58,122 nt of DNA from Candidatus Heimdallarchaeota archaeon (GCA_020353515.1 CP070695.1:1928141-1986262), one strand, 5' to 3'. Shown: positions 8,709 through 17,912, counted from the stretch's first letter. The notes: a model not told the origin generated them from the letters alone. Numbers and translations are program-made.

Positions 8709-11700
8709 TTATTCCACCTTTAAAATACGACTTACATCTTTCCGAGTTGCGAAGTAGGCTGGGAGCACCGAACCAATCCCTGCAGCAATGAGGATTCCTG
8801 CGATGAGGGAAACAAACAATTTTGTTGGGTAGATGATGACCTGAGGGGGGATTGTCTGTCCTACCTGAGTGATTTGCAAAAACATCGCCACAAAAAATAC
8901 ACCTGTGAGGTAACCAATCACTGATCCAAATATTAAAATGGTTGCTGCTTCTACCAAAAACGATTGAGCAGTTTGAAAACGCGTCATCCCGAGTGCACGC
9001 TCCACCCCAATCTCTTTCTCGCGGTCGACGTACGTGAAGAAGGCAAACATGACCACACCTATCACTACCACGGCAATACTTATGATTAAATCAGAATTAA
9101 GAATAGAAAGCTGGAAATATCGTTCAAAGGAGGTTTTATATTCTTTATATGTTAACGCGGCTGAACTGGGCCTCTTTCCTGTGACATTGGTGATGGTTTC
9201 TACCGTCTCTTCAATATAGGTGAGGGATTCCACTTTCGCGAGATATGTACCCCTCACATTACTGAGGTAGGAGGACTTATTCAAACGGTTAAACATCCCC
9301 AAGCTCCCAATGATCCAATAGTTGGTACTAGTGTCATGCCAAGGCTGTGGATAAAAGGTGGGCCATAGCTTGAACGTTCCACCAATACGGAAGGAGAGTA
9401 CTTCCGTCTTGTTGGGTGTTTTGAACTGGATCGAAAGATTTTCCCCTATCTGTGGTTTAGAGATATCTGCTTTCAGGTTCCCATCGAAAAGGAGTAGTGT
9501 CGTATTATCGGTGAGTTGGCTGATTAAAGTGGGTAAACTGCTACTCAACTTGAAACTCGGATCAGTAAATGCTGTTTCTGCGTAGGTTGCGGGATCGATA
9601 AACAAGAACTGGTAGTTTCGATAAATCATGTCTCCAGACCAATAGTTGGCAGAATAGACACCCGAAATGCGGCTTAAATGGGAGACATTCTGCTTTAACA
9701 TGGTGTTAATAGTCTCATTCAAAACTGGACCTGTTGAGAGGCTTACATCTGCTCCCACTTGGTAATAGAGCTTGAGGTGCTGAGTTTCATCTAATGAAAA
9801 GATCAGGGAGGAAGCCAGAATCGAAAAGGACAATGCCAAAGTAATCAACAGTACTGCTCGATTTGCGGCCTGCTTATGGCGGACGATGTTGCGAATGGCG
9901 AACGCGTTGACTCCGCCTTCCACTTTCCACAACAGATCGGCAAGCTTTTTCATCAGGACTGGAAAGAAGCGAGCAATCAGCATGATCATGCCAAAGAATA
10001 TGAGGAAAGGCGCTGGGAGACCAATTAACAACATTAGGAGAGAAATTAGATTTGAGTTTGGATTAGGTCTAGGGTAAGCATCTGGTGTACCCTGGAAGGT
10101 GTCTCCTCCTGAAACTGGACGTACCAGGGTATTAAGAATGAACCAGGCCGCGGTACCAAGGATAAACATAAGAATGTCGAGATAATAGCGTTTCCAAAGG
10201 GGATCGCGCACTTCTGTTGGAACGAGCGTTTCTATAATCTGTTGTCGGCTCATTCGAATGATTCGTACCAAATTTAGCAGTAGAGCCATCCCTATCCCTA
10301 TTACAATTAAGCCCAATAACAGTTCTAATGAGGCTTTTACGGGGATGGTTTGTCCTAAGAATGTCAAGTAGTCTGTGGAACGCATGACAAAATCCGACAA
10401 GAACAAGCTGAGGAGGAAACCTACAAGGACGGCAATAATTGTGGAGATCATCATTTCCCCAAGAAGGATTCCCAAGATTTGGGGCCAGGAGCCACCCCGC
10501 GTCTTAATAATACCAATTTGTGCTTGTTTTTGCCGTCTGATCAGTCCAAAGGAATAAAACACTAGATAGAGAGCAATACTGACGACTGGAAAGCTCACCA
10601 ACAGGAGTATCAGGATCAAACTAAAAATTGTGGCTTCAAATTCTTTCATCAGCCCATGGATCGGGCTGTGGACATTGGGAAAAGAGGTGACTGCAAAAAA
10701 ATTCTGTTCGAGGGCCTGGAGAAAGTGTTGTAGTTGAAGGATTTCATTATTTGTGTTAAATGCATCAAACCGTGTTTTCTCCAAGAAAATTTTCCCTCTA
10801 ACTTGCCCTTGCCATTTTAGATCGGAATGGTTTCCTATAAGCTCCCCAAGTTTTTGCTGTAAGAGAAGGGGGTGAGTTAAGAAGTAGTAACCGTATAAAT
10901 CTGGGGTAAAATACTTCCATAGGAGTGCTGTACTGTTATCACTTGGAGAAGTGGCACTTAATTCATTTTCTGTGAAGAATACAGGAAAAGATTTCCTCTC
11001 ATAGCTTACTATCCCAACAATCGTGACAGTTTTGTTTGGTTGCTCTTCCTCTTCAGGAAGGATCCAGCTTGGGATGGTGATGTTTACTTTCGTGTTAAGT
11101 GTAAGATTTTTGAACTGTTTCTCAGTCCATGGATCTGTTTCTTTCGGGCGGACAAGGATAACTTCTGAGGAATTTTCAGGTTGATGTCCCACTCCTTCCT
11201 TTTCTAGAATCAGTTCTAGTTGATTATAAAAAGTTGGAACTGACGATGTTAGAATAGATATCGGCCATTCCATTACTTCATTCCCTTTTTCATCTGGTTC
11301 TCGAAATATATCTGTTGAATTCAACCATAGACTGACCCATGGAACACTGTACCAATAACTTTCTGAAATATACCCTTCATAATTAACGTCTTTGATTGAT
11401 TTGTTAACAAGTTCCTCATAAAGTGTAAAATTGGTAAATGCATTCATACCCCACTGAAGTTGTTGGGTGGTTGATCCGCTAGAGGTTGCATCTGAAAAGA
11501 TATTACCATACAGGTCAACTATTATATCTCCAGAGTAATCATCGTGAGTTTTAAAGACAGTTTCCTCAAAGATTCTTTCTCGATAAGATTCCACGAGAAC
11601 ACCGCTTTGTGAGATCACTGTTAATGCAATGATCAACCCAACCATTGTTGGAAATACAAGCTTCCAGTTACCAATTAATAACTCGTATGTTAAGAAGATA

Positions 11701-11738
11701 GGATCAGTTATTTTTGCTATCATGACTTTAATGGACAT
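8709..11738 (-). CDS. Double-length FtsX/MacB-family ABC permease
   Basis: Two FtsX motifs (QIGIIKTRGGS; REKEIGVERALGMT) and two large extracellular domains with many NxS/T sequons. Confidence 0.9.
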   Translation of the reverse strand: MSIKVMIAKITDPIFLTYELLIGNWKLVFPTMVGLIIALTVISQSGVLVESYRERIFEETVFKTHDDYSGDIIVDLYGNIFSDATSSGSTTQQLQWGMNAFTNFTLYEELVNKSIKDVNYEGYISESYWYSVPWVSLWLNSTDIFREPDEKGNEVMEWPISILTSSVPTFYNQLELILEKEGVGHQPENSSEVILVRPKETDPWTEKQFKNLTLNTKVNITIPSWILPEEEEQPNKTVTIVGIVSYERKSFPVFFTENELSATSPSDNSTALLWKYFTPDLYGYYFLTHPLLLQQKLGELIGNHSDLKWQGQVRGKIFLEKTRFDAFNTNNEILQLQHFLQALEQNFFAVTSFPNVHSPIHGLMKEFEATIFSLILILLLVSFPVVSIALYLVFYSFGLIRRQKQAQIGIIKTRGGSWPQILGILLGEMMISTIIAVLVGFLLSLFLSDFVMRSTDYLTFLGQTIPVKASLELLLGLIVIGIGMALLLNLVRIIRMSRQQIIETLVPTEVRDPLWKRYYLDILMFILGTAAWFILNTLVRPVSGGDTFQGTPDAYPRPNPNSNLISLLMLLIGLPAPFLIFFGMIMLIARFFPVLMKKLADLLWKVEGGVNAFAIRNIVRHKQAANRAVLLITLALSFSILASSLIFSLDETQHLKLYYQVGADVSLSTGPVLNETINTMLKQNVSHLSRISGVYSANYWSGDMIYRNYQFLFIDPATYAETAFTDPSFKLSSSLPTLISQLTDNTTLLLFDGNLKADISKPQIGENLSIQFKTPNKTEVLSFRIGGTFKLWPTFYPQPWHDTSTNYWIIGSLGMFNRLNKSSYLSNVRGTYLAKVESLTYIEETVETITNVTGKRPSSAALTYKEYKTSFERYFQLSILNSDLIISIAVVVIGVVMFAFFTYVDREKEIGVERALGMTRFQTAQSFLVEAATILIFGSVIGYLTGVFFVAMFLQITQVGQTIPPQVIIYPTKLFVSLIAGILIAAGIGSVLPAYFATRKDVSRILKVE

Positions 11739-11860
11739 CTTGACTATTCACGGCTCCTATTAAATCATACTTCAGTGTGTACTAAGTGATAAGCATCAAA
11801 TCTGCTATTCTAGCATTTTAACGTATAAATCAAAAATAAAATTATCCTATAAGCCTATAG

Positions 11861-11963
11861 ATTAGTACATGAAAAAAAAAATTAGTACGGGGTGTTTATA
11901 AGTCCGAACATGCTGTTTGGCTTATTCGAACAAGCTAGACTTTGGTGTTCGAATTTCAGAACA
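11861..11963. promoter_or_regulatory. Repeat cluster upstream of the ABC exporter operon
   Basis: ATTAGTAC direct repeat at 11861 and 11881; inverted repeats CCGAACA-N3-TGTTTGG and TTCGAACA-N13-TGTTCGAA. Confidence 0.45.
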
Positions 11964-12501
11964 TATTTCTAAACAATTTCTTAGTCGTTGTAAATGCCTT
12001 ATCAATGCAGTTAAAATACTTTAAATTTTGATGTTCTTGTTTTCCACACATAACCGCTACATAATCCCATACCAACATTCCTCAAAAAGACAGAGGTGAC
12101 CGTGAGAAACCAGTACATGGAATTGGTGAGAAAGACAAATTCGCAGTCTAAGATTGTTTTTGACTCAATATTTAGCTTCCTTATCTAAATGGATACTTTC
12201 CTCTTATAATTGTTTGAAAGAAAGTAGGGTTATCTAAACAATACAACCGCACCCAGCTATCCTCTTCTTCGTTTATTTTCAAGTAGAAATAATGTCCTGT
12301 TGATAAGCGTAAAAAAGTCAAGAAATATCTAAGATACCTTATTTGAGTTTGATCTCTGGTTCGTAAGAGTAAATACCTCTCTGAGATCCAGAAGTCATCA
12401 AATAAAGAAATAGAGAGAAGTAGTAAGGGGATTCCTACTTCTTCTGAATAGTTTGGAGAATACTTCATGTTTAATCTCGGTAGGGAGTTCTTTGATGGTT
12501 G

Positions 12502-12657
12502 TTACCCCATATTTCCTCCGCCAGGCGGGGAGATGGGTGGCGCTTGTCCAGCAGTGATATTAACTATGATAATAGTCAATAATACAGTTCCAAGAATAAT
12601 TTTTAATAGTATCCCTCTTCTGGGCAGAACTCTGTTTAAGAGATGCTTTGGATTCAA
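12502..12657 (-). CDS. 51-aa secreted peptide precursor (signal peptide plus short Pro/Gly-rich C-terminal peptide)
   Basis: GAGGTGA RBS (12666-12672) 8 nt before TTG 12657; MNPKHLLNRVLPRRGILLKIILGTVLLTIIIVNITAG-QAPPISPPGGGNMG*. The ORF-track start at 12738 is probably too far upstream. Confidence 0.75.
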   Translation of the reverse strand: MNPKHLLNRVLPRRGILLKIILGTVLLTIIIVNITAGQAPPISPPGGGNMG

Positions 12658-12713
12658 GATTATTCTCACCTCACCTAAGTGCCTCAAGCTTTGACTACAA
12701 AAAGCACCACCGA

Positions 12714-12756
12714 CTAACTTTTCAACAAGTTTGTCCAAGAAATAGTGAAAAGTTAG
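12714..12756. promoter_or_regulatory. Palindromic operator, site 1 (peptide/regulator divergent promoter)
   Basis: Perfect 11-bp inverted repeat CTAACTTTTCA-N21-TGAAAAGTTAG containing TCAACA-N15-TAGTGA (12722-12748). Confidence 0.75.
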
Positions 12757-12829
12757 AATGCAAGTAATCTTTATTAATAGGAAGATGAGTTAATAGCTAG
12801 TTGTAACCGAGGATGATTGGAGGAAGGTT

Positions 12830-14272
12830 ATGGCCCTCCCACGCCAAATTTTAAAACCAGGAAAGAAAGCAAAAGAGGCCGTTTCTCCTGAATTTTTTCA
12901 GGCTCTCATCGATTATTTGACGGTCGTAAAACAACATGCCCCAGGCGACTCCAAGCAAATTATCCCGATCTGTCAGAAACTATTTGTACCTTATACGAAA
13001 CCGTTTTATGAAAAATGGAGTGACTTCTTGGAGTGGCATTCGGAGTATATTGAGAAGTACTGTTCCTTTCTTCTTTCCTATTCAGGAGTAAAGATTCTTC
13101 TCCCCCATAGGTTGCTAATTCTAGAAACTCTGGATCCTGACAATACCTTAATAGAACAGCTAAAAGAGGCGTCTTCCACGTCGTTTTTCTTTTTTACCTT
13201 GAATAAAATCTTTCGGGATTTGAATCTCCCTTTACTGAAGAATGACAAGAAAATCATTCATGCCTTTTTGAATCCAATAACTTACAGGGACATTAGACCC
13301 ATTCCCACGAATCGTCAGATTGCTGAATTAATACATAGTAGTGAGAACACCGTCTCCAGGCGAATAGATCAACTCATCAACAAATCGATTCTCGCTCACG
13401 CTTATAGAGTCGAAATGGCAAGGTTAGGTTACTTAACTTCAGCAATAATCCACCTTGAAAATGTCAAACAGCTTCCTTCTACCCTTGAGCCTTATTGTCT
13501 TGCAGATGTCCCCCTTGATTTAGGAGAGGCGATTGGAAAAATTAAAATTTTTCAAGTTCCTCAAACTCGTAATGACATCATTTTAACAGCCAGAGCATAC
13601 CTTAAACCTCTATACGAAGTCACTTTGACCAAGAGCTACATTGGGTGGAATTTAACTGGGCTTTCCATTGACCCTAATCAGCGCTGGCCTGTCCTCCCCC
13701 CTATCTTCACATACCAAAAATGGGGTGAACTTGTATACTCTGAGAAAGAGATGGGAATTGAACATGATTTAATAAGTAACGAAATTCCTCTTAGTATTTC
13801 TTTAACTCAAGCCAAAATGCTCGATTTGATTCGGAGTGACGGAACAATTCCTAATTACCATTTAAGTCGATCCCTCGGAGTCACCCAAAAATATGTCAAA
13901 CAATTCTATGAATATTTCTTTTCTAATAACCTAATCAAAAGGCTGTCTTTTCTGTCGAACATAGGCTTGAATTGTAAGGTCTGGATAACATTACTAGGAT
14001 CACAATCAACGGATGATTTTACTCTCGTCCCCAAAATTGTCGAACATCTGAAATTCTTCCCCTTCTGCTATCTCTTCTATAATGAGAACATCTTGGAATC
14101 TTTCGGAAGATCTCTCCTTACTGGCTTAATTTGGATTCCTCCTACATGGTTTGTTGATTTTTATGCCACTTGGATCCTGCTTGCTGATCATGGTTTTGTC
14201 CCTAAGATCAATATGAGTCAGGGAGTTATCAAATGGGGAGTTGACATTGCTAAAACTTATGAAATGCAATAG
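12830..14272 (+). CDS. Large transcriptional regulator with two Lrp/AsnC-like wHTH + effector-domain units
   Basis: HTH1 PTNRQIAELIHSSENTVSRRIDQL...VEMARLGY; HTH2 LTQAKMLDLIRSDGTIPNYHLSRSLGVTQKYV...NIGL; RBS GGAGG. Confidence 0.8.
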   Translation: MALPRQILKPGKKAKEAVSPEFFQALIDYLTVVKQHAPGDSKQIIPICQKLFVPYTKPFYEKWSDFLEWHSEYIEKYCSFLLSYSGVKILLPHRLLILETLDPDNTLIEQLKEASSTSFFFFTLNKIFRDLNLPLLKNDKKIIHAFLNPITYRDIRPIPTNRQIAELIHSSENTVSRRIDQLINKSILAHAYRVEMARLGYLTSAIIHLENVKQLPSTLEPYCLADVPLDLGEAIGKIKIFQVPQTRNDIILTARAYLKPLYEVTLTKSYIGWNLTGLSIDPNQRWPVLPPIFTYQKWGELVYSEKEMGIEHDLISNEIPLSISLTQAKMLDLIRSDGTIPNYHLSRSLGVTQKYVKQFYEYFFSNNLIKRLSFLSNIGLNCKVWITLLGSQSTDDFTLVPKIVEHLKFFPFCYLFYNENILESFGRSLLTGLIWIPPTWFVDFYATWILLADHGFVPKINMSQGVIKWGVDIAKTYEMQ

Positions 14273-14342
14273 TACTTCTATTTCTTAGTTATCACTCCTC
14301 TACAGGGATTTCCTTATGCTTAAGACTGATGACGATTATTCG

Positions 14343-14723
14343 TCAAGATCCAGGAATGTATGGAGCAACAGCCATGCCAGCCAGTCCACTAAACATGGTG
14401 ACTAAAAAAGTTAAATCCTCTAATACCAGTTCTCGTCCAACAATGGCTAAAAGCATTATTGGGACTATAGCTATAACTACCGCAGATATTCCTCGAACAG
14501 CCCCCGTAGGTAAACCAAATGTAGCTCCTAAAGTTACAGGTGGGTTTGCTTTAGCACCCTTTCCCACGGTACCACCATAAGCACCGATAAGGGCAACACA
14601 AAACCCTTTGAGGAGAGCATTTACTTCACCTGATTCAAATGGGAAAACAATGACAATGATAGTCAATATTAAGGCAGCTATTAAGAATATTATTCTCCAA
14701 TCTCTATTAGGGTTAAAATCCAT
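14343..14723 (-). CDS. Small 4-TM membrane protein with a GLPxGAVR motif
   Basis: Four hydrophobic helices, RBS GGAGG. Confidence 0.75.
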   Translation of the reverse strand: MDFNPNRDWRIIFLIAALILTIIVIVFPFESGEVNALLKGFCVALIGAYGGTVGKGAKANPPVTLGATFGLPTGAVRGISAVVIAIVPIMLLAIVGRELVLEDLTFLVTMFSGLAGMAVAPYIPGS

Positions 14724-14809
14724 TGCTATTTTTCCTCCTATATTTAATCAATTCATATATCGGCTTGCCCTCACTTAAAATCACTTTAAAAATCAATACT
14801 GATTAAATT

Positions 14810-14838
14810 TTCACCATGTTTTCGAAAAAAGTGGTGAA
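14810..14838. promoter_or_regulatory. Palindromic operator, site 2
   Basis: TTCACCA-N15-TGGTGAA, ~20 bp upstream (minus strand) of TTTAAA at 14785-14790. Confidence 0.7.
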
Positions 14839-14892
14839 CAAATAGGATCTTTTAGAAAGACCTCTCCAATTAACAAGGAGCTGTGAGTGCGA

Positions 14893-16017
14893 TTAGTCAA
14901 TAAATCGTTTCCATGCTTTATACCAGATCCGAGCGATTGATTCTACTGTATCATGAAAGATGGAATTAGTTACATGAATAAAATCTTCAACAAAAGCCCC
15001 ATCCCCGAAGCCCTCATTTTGAAGAATACGACTTTTTAATTCACCATACTTCTTGAAATGTTGTTCATGCAGATCAAACCAATTACTAGCTGCCGGGATC
15101 CACTTTCTAGCTACAGCATAAGACACACGGGTTGTATAGACCAATTCAGACCATTCATCCCCCTTTAATCGAGTATTGACCTTCTTATTCAGGTTGTACT
15201 GTGAGCCAGGGGTATCAATTTCAATTATGGAATTCTCTGGTAATTTTTCTTTCACAATTTTATTCAAGGTTTCTTTAGAATATTTGGTTAGAATGAGATC
15301 ATCCTTACTAGGAAAATTTGATTCCCATAATCTTTCGATCCAAGTGTGCATTTTTTTAGGGAGACGTCTATCTTTTCTAGGGATTTTAAAGTCTCTTAGA
15401 TCGCAATGTAATGGCATGTGAGCATCACAGATATAGTGAGAGATTATAAAGAATGTCAGGGCGATATGACGAGCAGAAAAGTTGGGAGAACTAGTTAAAT
15501 CTTTAATTTTTCGATCTGACAAGTATTTCTTATTACCAGAAGCATCTATCAGTTCTATATTCCCTTTCTTTCTCTTTTTCCTCTTTTGGGCGTAAATTCC
15601 AAGCGGATAATCACTCATTTTTAACATGTCACCAATATTATGACTCAGAGCAATGACACGGTCGGGAAGATGTCCTCCTTCCGTTGTATGAGATCGGTAA
15701 GGTTTATCCAACTCACTATGGCCTTTCACATATTCCAGACATAAACGATTACCAACTAAGTGTGTTTTAAGGTCGTTATAATCCCTTTGATACCATTCCT
15801 CAATGTTTAAACCATTGTTGATATAATCGGGGTCACTATCCATTTTGTAAATATGCCCATAACTCATATCATATAGCCTGATGTCAGGTAACCAAGCTCC
15901 ATCCCAGACCTCGGAAATGTATGAAAAGATCAATTCAACTAGTTTTGGTGCTTTTTTCCAGTCATCAAGTAGTTTCAACGCTCTTAAAGCCACCCAGGCG
16001 TGAGCTTGTTGTTTCAA
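14893..16017 (-). CDS. Zn-dependent phospholipase C / P1-S1 nuclease-like protein
   Basis: N-terminal AH, GAWLPD, SHYICDAHMPLH, H..IE metal-ligand pattern; no signal peptide. Confidence 0.75.
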   Translation of the reverse strand: MKQQAHAWVALRALKLLDDWKKAPKLVELIFSYISEVWDGAWLPDIRLYDMSYGHIYKMDSDPDYINNGLNIEEWYQRDYNDLKTHLVGNRLCLEYVKGHSELDKPYRSHTTEGGHLPDRVIALSHNIGDMLKMSDYPLGIYAQKRKKRKKGNIELIDASGNKKYLSDRKIKDLTSSPNFSARHIALTFFIISHYICDAHMPLHCDLRDFKIPRKDRRLPKKMHTWIERLWESNFPSKDDLILTKYSKETLNKIVKEKLPENSIIEIDTPGSQYNLNKKVNTRLKGDEWSELVYTTRVSYAVARKWIPAASNWFDLHEQHFKKYGELKSRILQNEGFGDGAFVEDFIHVTNSIFHDTVESIARIWYKAWKRFID

Positions 16018-16304
16018 CCAGTTTCCTCCTGTTTTTTACTAAATATTACCTGAGTTTCATCATCATGGTAAATATAGACTAGGATTACTTCAAGGAGAAT
16101 AGTGAAGTGAAAGTGAACGGTAATCTTAGAACATTTTATGAAGAAACAAAAGATGAACAGGAGAGGGTCATCATACACAAGACTTTTTTTACTAATTTGA
16201 GTTATAGTACCATTCACAGTCTGATTTGAAGCAGGCATTGTTAATACAAAAGAAAAAACCAGTAAAGTCAGGAAAACGAAAATAAAAGATCTCGCACAAA
16301 CCAA
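16014..16304 (-). CDS. Small hydrophobic protein with signal-like N-terminus (possibly a truncated remnant)
   Basis: RBS GAGGT before TTG; signal peptide and NxT sequons; overlaps the next gene by 4 bp. Confidence 0.4.
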   Translation of the reverse strand: MVCARSFIFVFLTLLVFSFVLTMPASNQTVNGTITQISKKSLVYDDPLLFIFCFFIKCSKITVHFHFTILLEVILVYIYHDDETQVIFSKKQEETG

Positions 16305-16338
16305 TATTATTACCTCTAAATTTGTCTAACATTTTGAT

Positions 16339-17307
16339 TTATCCATTGGGTATAGAAAGTCCAGTTGGTACTCCGTGGTCGTTGTTAACAGTGCTTAATA
16401 ATGGTTGGTTTCCTCTAAAAGGCCATAGAGATTGCTGATGTTTGTGTATCATGACATAAGTATTGGTTTGTCTAGAACCAGGGGAATTTACCCATGAACC
16501 TGTGTTCGCAATGCTGACATTCCCCTCTACATGAACAAATGGTTGATGTGTGTGCCCAAATGTCAATATACGTAATTTTTCCTGGTTTGTAGCCCATTTT
16601 ATGACTTTTCTTTCAGTGGACTCAAAAAGGTCTAATGTGAGCATTTCGGCTAATTCAGGTGAATTTCTTGGTTGCTTGCTTATGAGCTCCAATATATCAG
16701 TAGTAAATCTGCTTTCTGCTGGTTTCAAAGGTTCTAAAAGATTTCTCTTGAATCCCTGTAACATTTTGATAATTTTTTGAATCCATGAGAGTCTTTGCAA
16801 GTAAAACTGCCATGCCAGTTCTGCTAATTTTCCAGCATCATCATTTGCTAAACAAAGAGGATCGTAGAAGATCTCATTCTGAATAATGTCAAATGTGTCT
16901 CCATGGAGAAACCAGTACTCAACATCCTCATTTGAGTCAGCTAATATTAATTGACGATCAAAAGAAAAATCGTAGGCAAACTTACCCTCTTTGAAATGTC
17001 TTAGATAAAAGTCATGGTTACCAACAACAAAATTAACCTCGATGTTTTCAGAGTCTTGAAGGACTTTAAGCCGATTTAGGGTGTCACTATTTTCTAGAGT
17101 CACTCCGACGGGATCTCTCCGCCACATATCTAAGAAGTCACCGCAAATGACTAACCTATCACATTTTGTTGCTCTCAAACCGTTGATGAACTCATCGAAG
17201 TCCTCTTTATTGCATGCGCTATATCCTAAATGGACATCAGATACAGCGATGATTTTTTCATCTTTCAGGTTTTCAACTGGAATTGGATCTGTACCTATTT
17301 CATTCAC
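16339..17307 (-). CDS. Calcineurin-like metallophosphoesterase (LpxH/UDP-2,3-diacylglucosamine hydrolase-like)
   Basis: SDVHLG, GDFLD, GNHD, LHGD, GHTH, NTGSW motifs. Confidence 0.9.
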   Translation of the reverse strand: MNEIGTDPIPVENLKDEKIIAVSDVHLGYSACNKEDFDEFINGLRATKCDRLVICGDFLDMWRRDPVGVTLENSDTLNRLKVLQDSENIEVNFVVGNHDFYLRHFKEGKFAYDFSFDRQLILADSNEDVEYWFLHGDTFDIIQNEIFYDPLCLANDDAGKLAELAWQFYLQRLSWIQKIIKMLQGFKRNLLEPLKPAESRFTTDILELISKQPRNSPELAEMLTLDLFESTERKVIKWATNQEKLRILTFGHTHQPFVHVEGNVSIANTGSWVNSPGSRQTNTYVMIHKHQQSLWPFRGNQPLLSTVNNDHGVPTGLSIPNG

Positions 17308-17432
17308 ATCCTAGCTAAGAAGTTGTCAGAGTCACAATGGTGACTCAGAATGAGTCCTTAAGGTGAGATGAATTTGATGAGGATAGATTATCAAGACCTG
17401 GTAACCTCATTTAAATGAATCAGAGACATTTC

Positions 17433-17460
17433 TTCACCATAAATCAAGAAAACTTGGTGA
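17433..17460. promoter_or_regulatory. Palindromic operator, site 3
   Basis: TTCACCA-N15-TGGTGA, 18 bp upstream (minus strand) of TTTAAA at 17410-17415. Confidence 0.7.
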
Positions 17461-17912
17461 TAAATTGGTTAAATTCCAATATATAGGAGGATATTATCAT
17501 TATTCTCAAACTAGTGTTCAGTAAATCAAACAGGTATCGACAATGACCAAACGCTTCAATATCGATCTGTAAGATCTCTGTTATTTTTTCACCATTCTTT
17601 TGAAGATCTTAAAGCAGAAAAAAAAGTGAAACATGGGGAGGGATGATGTTTCGCGTATTGACGAATAAAGACAAAATCCAAGACTCTAATCGCGCGGTAA
17701 TTCAATATATTTTCGTAAACAACGTCTGCCATTTACTGTATGGAATACAGTTCTCCCCCTGCTCAGTCTTCTATTATTAAATCTCTATATTTACACAGAT
17801 TTAATTTATCTGCAGACTTTATTTCCAGAATCAATTCCGAAAGAGAGCATTTTAAGTCCTCAGACTAGAGAATTTTTAGTCTTTTTCCTGTGTCCCTGAA
17901 ATGAGGCAGATT

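Noticed and set aside
12102-12188. 28-aa plus-strand ORF behind GAGGTGA
   Set aside because: RBS only 2 nt from the GTG, no signal or motif; cannot be supported
12181-12468. 95-aa ORF downstream of the peptide gene
   Set aside because: Could be co-transcribed with the peptide but has a weak RBS and no recognisable features; left uncalled pending a homology search
12467-12694. Plus-strand 75-aa ORF
   Set aside because: Antisense shadow of the peptide precursor, which has the RBS and signal structure
17589-17615. Fourth copy of the N15 operator
   Set aside because: Only the TTCACCA half-site is present; there is no TGGTGA at 15 nt
17643-17780. 45-aa ORF with GGGGAGGG RBS
   Set aside because: No signal peptide or motif; possible but unsupported
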